In this document: positions 23,277 through 34,667 of the stretch, in pieces
Layout: each line of letters opens with the position of its first letter
Numbering within the stretch: position 1 is the stretch's first letter
From: Chiloscyllium plagiosum
Taxonomy: Eukaryota
Assembly (NCBI RefSeq): GCF_004010195.1
Contig: NC_057718.1
Location: 72,305,236 to 72,341,726 of the forward strand
Direction of reading: 5' to 3'
Length of the DNA stretch: 36,491 nt
The notes under the pieces: generated by a model
What the model was told of the DNA's origin: nothing
What the model saw: only the letters and a program-made list of their open reading frames with translations
The model's database searches: none
Program-made: the position numbers and the translations under genes

Positions 23277-23803
23277 ACCCAGACTTAAACCAGGCTTGAT
23301 AAGTTTAATTTTCTTTTATTTACTGCAGAAATCAGCATCTCAACATATTTACACGAGACTACTTTTAACAACAAAGCAAAGCACCTTCTTACAAGAAACG
23401 AAGAAAAAAAATAAACTATAACACCCTATGCAGAAACTACAGGAATTTTCTCATTACAAATATCAGAAAATAAATTCCTTTCACCCAGCAATAAGCTTAC
23501 AGATGCTCAAACTTCAGTGAAGAGTCACCCTATCTACACATTAAAGCTTCCTACTTGGCTGGCACAACTGTAATCAGTTTCCTTTTGTCAAATTTCTGCC
23601 ATGAATTACTTGTTATTAGTTTTTTTTTTAATTTAACGTGTCTCCCAGGAACCCTTAAAAATAAACGACTAACACCGCTCTCAGAATATTCAACATGGGT
23701 TCATTTAACTTATGTCATTAAAAAGCAGACACATAGAAAACATCTAAAAATGTATCGATCATTGACTTGAATATACTCAGTGACTCAGTTTCCATAACCT
23801 TCT

Positions 23804-24149
23804 TAGAATCATAGAATCCCTACAGTGTGGAAACAGGCCCTTCGGCCCCAACAAGTCCATACCAACTCTCCGAAGAGTAGCCCACCCAGACCCATTCCCC
23901 TACCCTACATTTATCCCTGACGAATGCACTCAAGCTACATATCCCCGAACTGGACAATTTAGCAAGGCCAATTCATCTAACCTGCATGTCTTTGGATTGT
24001 GGGAGGAAACCAAAGCACCTCGAGAAAACTCATGCAGACACAGGGAGAATGTAAAAGATCCACACATACAGTCCACTGAGGCTGGAATCAAACTTGGGTC
24101 CCTGGTGATGTGAGGTAGCAGTGCTAACCACTGAGCTATTGTGCTGCCC
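23804..24149 (-). mobile_element. HE1-type V-SINE (older copy)
   Basis: Reverse complement of the HE1 head, V-domain and tail. Confidence 0.9.
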
Positions 24150-25660
24150 AATGTGGTAGTGGAATGAAAAGGTTCATCACCCAACAAGTGAAGGAATAAT
24201 TCCTCATCTCAGCCCCAAATGGCCCAGCCGATTATAGAGAAATTGGGACCCCGTGGGAAACATCCTCCCTGCATCTAGTCTGTCCAACTCTATTAGAACT
24301 TTACACATTTCAATCAGATCCCGCTCTCATTATTCTGGTGTATAGAGGCCCAGTTGAACCAACTTCTCTTCATAGGTCTGCCCAGCCATCCTGAACATCA
24401 GGCTAGTGAGTCTTTGCTACTCTGACTCTGTAGCAAGAATATCTTCCCTTAGGTAGAAAGGCCATAACTGGATATCATATTCCAAGTGTGGGTCTTACCA
24501 ATATTCTGAACAATTGCAGTAAGGCATCCCCTACTTCTGAACTCAAATCCTCTTGCAATGAAGTCTAACATACCATTTGCTTTCCTAATCCTAAACACCT
24601 GCCTGTTTATTTTCATTGACTGGTGTACAAGGACACCTAGATCCATTTGAAAATCTGTATTTCCCGATGTATCACCATATAAATAATACTGTGCCTTCCA
24701 GTTTTCCACATGTATCCACCTGATACTACAACTACCATGTGTTTGCCCACCCACTCTTGGACAAGATTGCCCTGAAGCCTCTTTACATCCTCCTCAAAAT
24801 TCTCAATCTCACCTATTTTTGTGTCATCAGCTAACTTGGAAATATTGCATTTGATTCCCTGATGCTGTGGTTCTGTTCGCCGAGCTGGAAGTTTTTGTTG
24901 CAAACGTTTCGTCCCCTGTCTGGTGACATCCTCAGTGCTTGGGAGCCTCCTGTGAAGCGCTTCTGTGGTGTTTCCTCCGGCATTTATAGTGGCCTGTCCC
25001 TGCCGCTTCCGGTTGTCAGTTCCAGCTGTCCGCTGTAGTGGCCAGTATATTGGGTCCAGGTCGATGTGTTTGTTGATGGAGTTTGTGGATGAGTGCCATG
25101 CTTCTAGGAATTCCCTGGCTGTTCTTTGTTTCGCTTGCCCTATAATGGTAGTGCTGTCCCAGTCAAATTCATGTTGCTTGTCGTCTACGTGTGTGGCTAC
25201 TAGGGATAGCTGGTCGTGTCGTTCCGTGGCTAGTTGATGTTCCCTGATCCTAATCATTTTTGTATATTGTGAATAGCGAGGGCTAAGCACCGATCCTTGC
25301 GGTACACCACTGTTCACCACCTCCAATCCAGAAAAAGACCTGTTTATTCCAATACTCTGGCTCAAAGACCAGAAACAATCTCAATCCATGCCAATATATT
25401 ACCTCCAATGCCCTGTGCTTCAATTTTGTCCACTGGCCTCTTAAGTATATCAAAAGCTTTCTTGAAATCTAAATACACCACAAACACTGGTTCTTATTTA
25501 TCTATTCCAATAGTTATATCCTTGAAAATCTCTAGAAGATTATTTTATCACGAGTTCCCTTTCATAGATCTGTGCTGACTTGGTCTAATATTATTAATGC
25601 TTTCAAAACGTTATCACATTTTTTACTAGCATTTTCCACATTATGCGAGGCAAACTGCGC
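24150..25660 (-). mobile_element. CR1 LINE fragment interrupted by a Penelope insertion
   Basis: SGVPQGSVL...[insertion]...QGIKCNISKLADDTKIG...KANGMLDFIARGFEFRS. Confidence 0.85.
24864..25239 (-). mobile_element. Penelope-like element (family C) 3' fragment: GIY-YIG C-terminal part plus hammerhead terminal repeat
   Basis: EHQLAT.RHDQLSLVATH...HEFDWD...AREFLEAWHS..SINKHIDL. Hammerhead motif at about 24900-24938. 9-bp duplication ttccctgat at 24855-24863 and 25240-25248. Confidence 0.85.
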
Positions 25661-25683
25661 TGTAATTCACTTTTGCCATGAAT

Positions 25684-26662
25684 TGGAGGTGCCAGTGTTG
25701 GACTGGGGTGGACAAAGTTAAAAATCATACAACACCAGGTTATAGTCCAACAGGTTTATTTGGAAGCACTAGCTTTCAGAGTGCCACTCCTTCATCAGGT
25801 GGTTGTGGGGAATAACATCATGCCAAAGGAGTTCAATGCCATGGAGATGTGATACAGTAAACAATCTTAGATTAAAACTTTCATCTTTTATAAATTGGAT
25901 ATGCTGGTTTCTGTTCATTGATATGTAAATCCCAGAGTTTCTTTTAAATTACATTCTCAAGATAGCTCAAGTTTTTAAACAATAGGGGTGATGTCTGTTT
26001 GTGTCCCAATGCTATGTCAGACTAACAAATCCTCTGTATAGTTTTACAGAGTTTTACATGCAGTAAAACTCATGCAGATTCATGCAGTTTTTGAGTAAAG
26101 CAAAATGTAATTCTGCAATAACAAATTCACCCTATAAGTTTATATGTGTGCGTATGTAGGAGCTACAGATTGAGTGTGTGTGTGTGTGTGAGAGAGTGTG
26201 TGATGGGGTATGTGTCCTTGTGTATGAGGGGTGTGTGTGTGTGTGTGTATATATATCGTGCAGTGGGGTCACTTGTAGTGTGACATGAACCCAAGGTCCC
26301 GGTTGAGGCCACTCCCATGGGTACAGAACTTGGCTATCAGCCTTTGCTTGGCCGTTTTGTGCTATTGTTTGTCCCAAAGTCCGCGTTGGAGGCTAGTCAC
26401 CTGAAGATGAGGCCGAATGTCCCGGACTGCTGAAGTGTTCCCCGACTGGGAGGGAACACTCTTACCTGGTGATTGTTATGCGGTGTCCATTCATCTGTTG
26501 TAGCGTCTGCTCGTTCTCGCCAATGTATCATGCCTCAGGGCATCCTTGCCTGCAGCGTATGAGATAGACCACTTTGGCCGAGTCACAGGAGTACTCGCCG
26601 TGTACATGGTGGGAGGTGTCCCCACATGTAATGGTGTTATCCGTGTCGATACTCTGACACTA
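25684..26662 (-). mobile_element. Penelope-like element (family B): GIY-YIG region, (CA)n tract, terminal repeat with hammerhead
   Basis: Minus frame reads YSCDSAKVVYLIRCRQGCPEA*YIGE...MNGHR...LPVGEHF. Microsatellite at about 26145-26257. CTGATGA...GAAAGCTA at about 25764-25804. Confidence 0.85.
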
Positions 26663-26789
26663 TAGAATACTGGCTGCATCGTAAGTGCTGAACTGAATGA
26701 GAAATGAATACAACACTGCACTGTGGAGAGGGCCACTTGGCAAAAAAGGCAGTCTTATGTAGACCTTCCAGTGGAGATTGTCATGAATC

Positions 26790-28635
26790 AGTTACTATGT
26801 CTCCATAGTATCATCTCAGGACTAGTACTGACAGAGGCCCTTCCACTCATCATGTCTGTGCCAATCAAAACAACCATCTACTTATTGTCATCCTATTTTC
26901 CAGCCTTCAATGCGTTGGAAAGCAAATGCACATCTAAATACTTCAAGTGTTATGAGGGTTTCTGCCTCTACTATCCTTCAGCTCCAGATTCCCATAGCCC
27001 TCTCGGTGAAAACATTTTTCCTCACTTCACATCTAAACCTCTATCCCTTACAATGAAATCTATGCCTCTTTGTCAGTGCTGTCTCCATGAAGGGGTGAAG
27101 TATCTTCCTGTCTTTTCTATCTATGCCCCTTAATTTTATATGTAGAATCATAGAATCCCCACAGTGTGGAAACAGGACATTTAGCCCAACAAGTCCACAA
27201 TGACCCTCCGAAGAGTAACCCATCCAGACCCATTCCCCTACCCTTTTACCCTATGTTTACCCCTAACCAATGCACCTAACTTACATATCCTTGAACACTA
27301 TGAGCAATTTAGCATGGCCACTTCACCTAACCGGTATCTCAATCATATCCTCTCTCAACCTACTCTGCTCTAGGGAAAACAACTTCAGTCTGTGCAAGCT
27401 CTCTTCATTTCTGAAACCCTCCTTCCCAAGCAATGATCTGATAAATCTCCTCTACACCCTCTCCAGTGCTATAACACCCTTTGTATAATGTGCTTCCAGA
27501 ATTGTGTACAATTAGCTGCAGCATAAACCAACATTTTACACAGTTGTATTCATTTCTCATGGCAGTGGTTCTAGCATAACTTCTCTGCCCTTAAACTCTG
27601 TTCCTCAAACAAAGAAAGCAAGCACACTATATCTCTTCTCAAACACTTTATCCACCTGTTCGGATACCTAAAGGGACTCATACATATGCACACTGAAACG
27701 CTTCTGATCCTTGGTGTTTCCCAGGTATGATCATGTACTACCTTGCCTGGTTTGTCCTGTCCAAGTGCATTACTTTATGTTTATCCAGATTAAGTTCCAC
27801 TTGCCATTGACCAGTCCATCTGACCAGCCCATCTATAATCTCTTGTAATCTAAGGCCATCCTCCTTCACAATTTAGCACTCCACTAATTTTTGTATTGTC
27901 TACGAACTTACTGATCAATGACCTCCTTGTACACAGACTTCCAGTCAGAAAAACACCAGACACCCTCAACCATCAACCTCTGCATCCTGTTACCCAGCCA
28001 ACTGTTGATCCAATGAGTCATTTCCTCAGATCCCATCAGCTGTTCTTTCTTTGGCTATCAGCCTCCTATGTAGGACCTTATCAAAAGTCTTGCTAAGACA
28101 TCAAAAGCATTGCCCTCATCTGCACACCTGGTCACCTTTTCAAAAAATTAAATCAAGTTGGTCAAACAAAGCAATGCAGACAGCTCTTGAATAATCCCTG
28201 CCTTTCTAAATGCAAATTAATTCTGTCCCGCAGAATTTCTTCCAAATATTCCCACTAGAGTTTAAACTGATTTGCTTGTAATTTCCTCTTTTATTCTTTG
28301 CTCCCTTCTTGAGTAATGCTATCACCGCTGTCCTTCAGTCCTCTCGAGGCCAGAAAAGAATTGAAAATTTTTAAAGTGCATCCGTTAAATCCTCCCTTCC
28401 TTCATTCAACAACCCAGGAGACATTTCATTTAGCCCTTAAGATGGATTTATTTTTAAACCTGTCAGACCACTCATTCATGCATAAATTTATGCAAATTTA
28501 TTTAACTGTCATGTAGATCTTCTCCCTGAATTTTATACCCATTTCACCCCTTTTACTAGTGAACTCTAACCCAAAGTATTTAATCAGATTCCTACCAATA
28601 TCTTCCGGCACTATGCACAAATTACCACTGTGGTC
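26790..28635 (-). mobile_element. Degenerate CR1 with partial HE1 SINE (about 27143-27331, -)
   Basis: Reverse-strand CR1 3' and RT segments. HE1 tail tagaatcatagaatcccc.cagtgtggaaacagg. Confidence 0.7.
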
Positions 28636-29179
28636 CTGTTCATTCACGTGTACTCCAGTTGACCTTTCTCAAGGTTAACATCCTCCAATGTAGTATGCTG
28701 TGCCCCATGAACCTCAAGTTTCAGTCGTCTCTGGCGACCCATTTTGTGCAGAACACAACAGACTATATCAACATTAGGAACCCTCACTTAGGGATAACAA
28801 GAAAACTTTGGTCAAGACACCTGAATTGCATTTTTGTGAGGTCAATGGCCTACTGGTTGTCCTTCTTGTAGATGGCAGTGGTTCTAGTTCACTTGACCTT
28901 AAGTTGTGGTGTTTTCTCTAGGGACATTTGCTGGTACTAAAATAAAATAAAGATGTCATAGATCTGAAATAAACACTAATTGCTGGCAAAACTTAACAGA
29001 TCTGATAGCATCTGTGTGAAGGAAGCAGAGTTAACACTGCAAGCTCCACGGTTGTTCATCACAACTCACCAATGACATGAGCTACAACTGCAACAGATTC
29101 AGAATGAATGGATCACTGTCAGAAAACGTAATGTTTGCCTGAAGGAACCATGAAGGATGAATGCATATACGCTGGATAT

Positions 29180-29440
29180 AAAGACCATAAGAAATAGGAA
29201 CAGGAGTAGGCCATTTGGATGATGGATGATCCGGTATTTCTCACATCCACTTTCCTGCTTTGATTTCCCTCCTAAGAATCTATCTCAACCATAAACATAG
29301 TTGAGGACTCTGCCTCACAGCTCTCAGTGGCAATGAGTTCCAAAGACACTCAACCTTCACTGAAAGAATTGCTCCTCATCTCAGTCTTTAACTTTCATAC
29401 TGAGGCTATGGCCTCTAGTCCTAGACTCTCCTAGGAGGGG
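29180..29440 (-). mobile_element. CR1 3' tail
   Basis: aagaccataagaaataggaacaggagtaggccatt..., same type as about 2225-2530. Confidence 0.7.
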
Positions 29441-29580
29441 AAAAAAAAAGAGTTGTTGTGGTGGGTAATTTTAACTTGCCTTAGATTGACTGAGAGTCAG
29501 TACTTGCTAGTGGCATGGATGGGGCAGGATTTGTAAGCATCATTCAAGAGGGTTTCTTGACCTGGTTTTGGGAAATGAGC

Positions 29581-29793
29581 TTAAAAATGTGTAACTGGAA
29601 AAACACAGCAGGTCAGGCAGCATCAAAGGAGAAGGAGAATCGACGTTTTGGGCATAAGCCCTTCTTCCTGAAGAACAGCTTATGCCCGAAACGTCGATTC
29701 TCCTTCTCCTTTGATGCTGCCTGACCTGCTGCGCTTTTCCTGCAACACATTTTTAAGCTCTGATCCCCAGCATCTGCAGTCCTCACTTTCTCC
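29581..29793. mobile_element. Palindromic family A mini-element with TSD
   Basis: 14-bp duplication tttgggaaatgagc (29567-29580 and 29794-29807). Inverted arms with CTGAAGA...GAAACGTC. Confidence 0.88.
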
Positions 29794-30053
29794 TTTGGGA
29801 AATGAGCCCAGGCAGGTGAGTGAAGTTTCAGTGGGGGAACATTTTCAGAGTAGTGACCATAATACCATGAGTTTTAAGATACTCATGGATAGGGATAACA
29901 GCAGTTCTCAGGTGACGGTATTAAATTGGGGGAAGGTGAAGCACAACAACATTCAGCAGAATTGGAGAATTTTGATTGGACGTAGTGTTTGAGGGTAAAT
30001 TTACATTGAACATGTGGGAATATTTCAAATGGCAGTTGATAAGAGTTAAGGAG

Positions 30054-30521
30054 TTGCCACCCAGGTAAATAGTGCGGTGAAGAAGGCATATGGCATACTG
30101 GCTTTTATTGGTAGAGGAATTGAGCTCCGGAGTCCTGAGGTCATGTTGCAGTTGTATAAGACTCTGGTGCGGCCGCATCTGGAGTATTGTGTGCAGTTTT
30201 GGTCGCCATACTATAGGAAGGATGTGGAGGCACTGGAACGGGTGATGGAGTCAGCTATTATGAGGGGGCATAGCTTTAAATTAAGGGGTGGTAGGTATAG
30301 GACAGATGTGAGGGGTAGATTGTTTACTCAGCGAGTCGTGAGTTCATGGAATGCCTTGCCAGTAGCAGTGGTGGACTCTCCTTCTTTATGGGCATTTAAA
30401 CGGGCATTGGATAGGCATATGGAGGATAGTGGGCTAGTGTAGGTTAGGTGGGCTTGGATCGGCGCAACATCGAGGGCCAAAGGGCCTGTACTGCACTGTA
30501 TTTTTCTATGTTCTATGTTCT
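30054..30521 (+). mobile_element. Young, internally deleted CR1 3' fragment
   Basis: KKAYGILAFIGRG...ALERV|MESAIMRGHSFKL. (ttctatg)n tail, flanked by aggag (30049-30053 and 30522-30526). Confidence 0.85.
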
Positions 30522-30596
30522 AGGAGCAGCACATTTCTGAGAGAATGAAGGATACATAGGGCAATTTATATGAACCTTGGATGACCAAGGCATGAT

Positions 30597-30900
30597 GGGC
30601 GGCACGGTGGCACAGTGGTTAGCACTGCTGCCTCACAGCGCCAGAGACCCGGGTTCAATTCCCGCCTCAGGCGACTGACTGTGTGGAGTTTGCACGTTCT
30701 CCCCGTGTCTGCGTGGGTTTCCTCCGGGTGCTCCGGTTTCCTCTCTCAGTCCAAAGATGTGCATGTCAGGTGAATTGGCCATGCTAAATTGCCCGTAGTG
30801 TTAGGCAAGGGGTAAATGTAGGGGTATGGGTGGTTATGCTTTGGCGGGTCGGTGTGGACTTGTTGGGCCGAAGGGCCTGTTTCCACTCTAATCTAATCTA
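30597..30900 (+). mobile_element. HE1-type V-SINE, young
   Basis: gggcggcacggtggcacagtgg..., CpGs retained, (taatc)n tail. Confidence 0.93.
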
Positions 30901-31487
30901 AAAAAATGACCAGGGATGTTATGACATTGGTCAAAAAGAAAAAGAAAACATACGTAAGGTCGATGAGGATATGAACTGACGAACACCTTGAAATATATAA
31001 GACAGTAGAAAAGAACTTAAACAAGGAATTCGAAGGGCTAAAAAGATCATGAAAAGTCATCAGCAAGCAGGATTTAGGAGAATCCCAAGGCTTTTTATGC
31101 ATATATAAAAAGCAAGAAGGTAGCCAGGGAAAGGGCTGACCTACTCAATGACAAAGGAGGGAATCTGTGTGTGTGGCCAGAAGAGGAAGGTGAGGTCCTA
31201 AATGAATACCATGTGTTGGTATTCACCAAAGAGAAGGAACTGGGAGAATGATCTCAGGGAAGAGAATGTCGAATTTCTAAGCTAAGTTGCTATTAAAAAG
31301 TAACAGGTATTATCCATCTTAAAAAGTATTAAAGGTAGATAAGTTCACAGGTCCTGATGAGATCTATCGCAGAATATTGAGGGAGGCAAGAAAATAAATT
31401 ACTGCAACATTGACAGATATCTCTGGGATCTTGCTGGCCAGCAGAGGTTCCAGAGAACTGGTGAATAGCCAACATTGTCCTATTGTT

Positions 31488-31799
31488 TAGATTAGATTAC
31501 ATTACAGTGTGCAAACAGGCCCTTCGGCCCAACAAGTCCGCACCGACCCGCCGAAGCGCAACCCACCCATACCCCTGCATTTACCCCTTACCTAACACTA
31601 CGGACAATTTAGCATGGCCAATTCACCTGACCTGCACATCTTTGGACTGTGGGAGGAAACCGGAGCACCCGGAGGAAACCCACGCAGACACGGGGAGAAT
31701 GTGCAAACTCCACACAGTCAGTCGTCTGAGGCGGGAATTGAACCCGGGTCTCAGGCACTGTGAGGCAGCAGTGCTAACCACTGTGCCACCGTGCCGCCC
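31488..31799 (-). mobile_element. HE1-type V-SINE, young
   Basis: Reverse complement of the 30597-30900 copy with few differences. Confidence 0.93.
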
Positions 31800-33179
31800 A
31801 CAAGGAGGATAAGGAGGATAGCCGGGATAATTATGGAAATTACAGGCCTGAGAGTCTCCTGTCAATAAATTATCAGAAGAGATGCGCAGGGACAAGATCT
31901 ATACATATTTAGAAGCAAATGGGCTTATTAGCAATAATATGGTTTTGTGCAGGGGAGGTCATGCCTCACTAACTTGAACCAGTTTTTTAAGGATGTGACG
32001 AAGATGATTGATGGCAGAAAAACAGGTGATGTTGTCTGCACAGACTTCAGTAAAGCCATTGACAAGGTCCCTCATGGCAGACTGACACAAAAGGAGAAGT
32101 CACATGGTATCAGGGTGAGCTGGCAAGATGGATACAGAACTGGCTTAGTCATAGGAAACAGAGGGTAGCAGTGGAAGGGTGTTTTTCGGAATGCAGGACC
32201 GTGACTACTGGTGTTCCAAAGGGATCACTGCTTGGATCTCTGCTGTTTATGATTTACATAAACAATCTGGAGGAAAACGTAGTTGGCACAATTATTAAGT
32301 TTGTGGATGATACAAAGGTGAGTAGAGTTGCAGATAGTGTGTAGGATTATCAGAGGAGACAGCAGATCGGTTGGAGCATGAGCAGAAAAATTGGAGACGG
32401 AGTTTAATCCAGACAGATGTGAGGTGATGCATTTTGGAAAGTCAAATACCAGGGGAAATTATACAATGGATGAAACTCCTCTTACAAATATTGATCTGAT
32501 TGTGCAGGTCCACAGATCACCGAAGGTGGCAGCACAGGTAGATAAGGCAGCAAAAAAGCTTTCAGCATGCTTGCCTTCATTGGAAGGAATGCGGAGTACA
32601 AGGATAGGCAAGTTATGCCCCAGCTTTACAGAACTTTAGTTAGGCCACACTTGGAATATTGTGCACTGTTCTTGTCACCACACTACCAGAAAGATATGGA
32701 TGCTTTGGAGTGGGTACATAAAGGTTTACCAGAATGTGGCTTAGTATAGGAGATTTTAGCTATGAAGAAAGATTGGATAGATTGGGTTTGTTTTCACTGG
32801 AATGCAGGAGGTTGAGCTAATAGAGGTTTATAAGATTGCAAATGGCATGGATAGTGTGGGAAGTAGGAGGCCTTTTCCTAGGGTCAATTACTAGGAGACA
32901 CAAGTTAAATTTGCAAAGTGGGAAATTTAAAAGAGATGTGCAAGGCAAGTTTTTCATACAAAAAGTGGCGAGTGCCTGGAATGTGCTGCCAAAAGCGGTG
33001 ATGCAAATAGACACAACGGCAGCATTCAAGAAGCACCTGGATGAATAAATGAGTAGGAAAGGAATAGAGGGATATGGATCCTGTAAGTGAAGATAATTTT
33101 AGCATGGAAGGGAAAAATGTGGCAGCGCAGGCTTGGAGGGACAAAGGGCCTGTTTCTGTGCTGTATTGTTCTTTGTTCT

Positions 33180-34622
33180 TATCCTCTGGGCATTTATCCT
33201 ATGTTTCAATGAGATTACCTCCCATTCTCCTAAATTCCTGCAAGTCCAAACGTGTTTAGCCTTTGCTCATGAGACAATCACTTCATATCAGGAATCATCC
33301 TCATGAGTCTTCACCGAACTGCCTCCAATGAAATGATATATTTCTTAAAATAACAGGATCAAAACTGCTGACATCCAGCAGATGTGTCTCACAAGCATCC
33401 TGTCCAGTTGCAGTAAGACTTTCCTATTCTTACACTCAAAATCCTTTGAAGTAAGGGGCAACATTCCATTTGCTTTCCTGATTCCCTGCTGCAGTGTTGT
33501 GCAAGCTTTTTGTGTTTCGAGCACAAGTACACTCAAATTCCTTTGCATTGCAGTTTTCTGCAATTTTTCTCCATTTGAAATAATTTCGTTCTTGTGTTCT
33601 CCCTTTCAAAATGAACAACTTCACATTTCTCCACATTAAACTCCATTTGGCAACTTTTTGCCCACTTACCTAAACTACCACTATCTTTCTGAACTGCTTC
33701 TATGCCCTCGCAACTTGCCTTTTCACCTATTTTTGTCTCATCAGTAAATTTGACTACAATACATTCTTTCTTTCATTTTTAGAATTCCTACAGTGTGGAA
33801 ACAGGCCATTTGTCGTGACAAGTCCACAACAAATCTCCACAGAGCATACTATTCAGACTCACCACCCTCCATTCTCTATCCCTGTAACCCTACATTTCCC
33901 ATGGCTAATCCACCTAACGTAAACATCCCTGGACACTATGAATAATCTAGTACGGCCAATCCAACTTAGACAGTGATAGGAAACCGAAGCACCCGGAGGA
34001 AACCCTTGTAGACACAGGGAAAATGTGTAAACACCACACAGACTGTTGCCTGAGGCTGGAACTGAACCCAGGTTGCTGGCACAGTGAGACAGCAGCACTA
34101 ACCACCGAGTCACCTTGCCTCCCTATTCACTTCCTTCCTCCAAGTCATTAACATATACAAACAGTTGTAGTTGTGGTCCACTGCCTTTGTGGAACTACAC
34201 TGGCTATAGGATGCAAACCTGAAGAAGAACCCCTCATCCAACTCGCACATCCAGATCATTAGCCAACTCTCTATCCATGCCAATCTACTACTCCAACACC
34301 ATGGGCTGTTATCTTATGACTTAACCTTCTTTGTCCAATGTCCAATGTCTTCTGAAAGGCCAATGCAACATATCTACCCACATCCATGCCTTTATACACT
34401 CTGGTTGAGACTTCCTCAAAAATTCTCAATTTATTTAGACATGATTTCCTTTTGCTGACTCTACCTGATTACATTATGGTTTTTCAAACGTGCTGCTGTT
34501 ACTTGCTTAATACATGTTTGCAATGATAGATGTTAGGCTATTTGGCCTATAGTTATCAGCTTTTTGACTCTCTCCCTTTTTGAACTGGGGTGTTTCATTA
34601 GTAGTTTTCCAATCCTCTAGTC
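33180..34622 (-). mobile_element. Degenerate CR1 with an old HE1 SINE inserted (about 33780-34120, -)
   Basis: IRKANGML....K.FE.KNRKVLLQL..MLVRH on the - strand, plus an HE1-like tail and head. Confidence 0.75.
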
Positions 34623-34667
34623 TACAAAGACTCTCTGAAGAGAATCCATACTCAACTCCCTACTCTG

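Larger units (their letters stand above)
29450..33180 (+). mobile_element. Long degenerate CR1 ORF2 (endonuclease to RT to 3' UTR) hosting four younger insertions
   Basis: VVVGNFN (EN), SDHN, GPD.IY.RIL, GRSCLTNL, DFSKAIDKVPH, IKFVDDTK, RPHLEYC, then 3' UTR ending tgttctttgttct. Confidence 0.88.

Noticed and set aside
24637..25365. 242-aa novel fusion ORF
   Set aside because: Chance read-through of CR1 plus an inserted Penelope fragment.
29069..29140. Minus-strand AG...GTGAGT bounded segment as the next SERAC1 exon
   Set aside because: It has stops in all three frames and no SERAC1 similarity.
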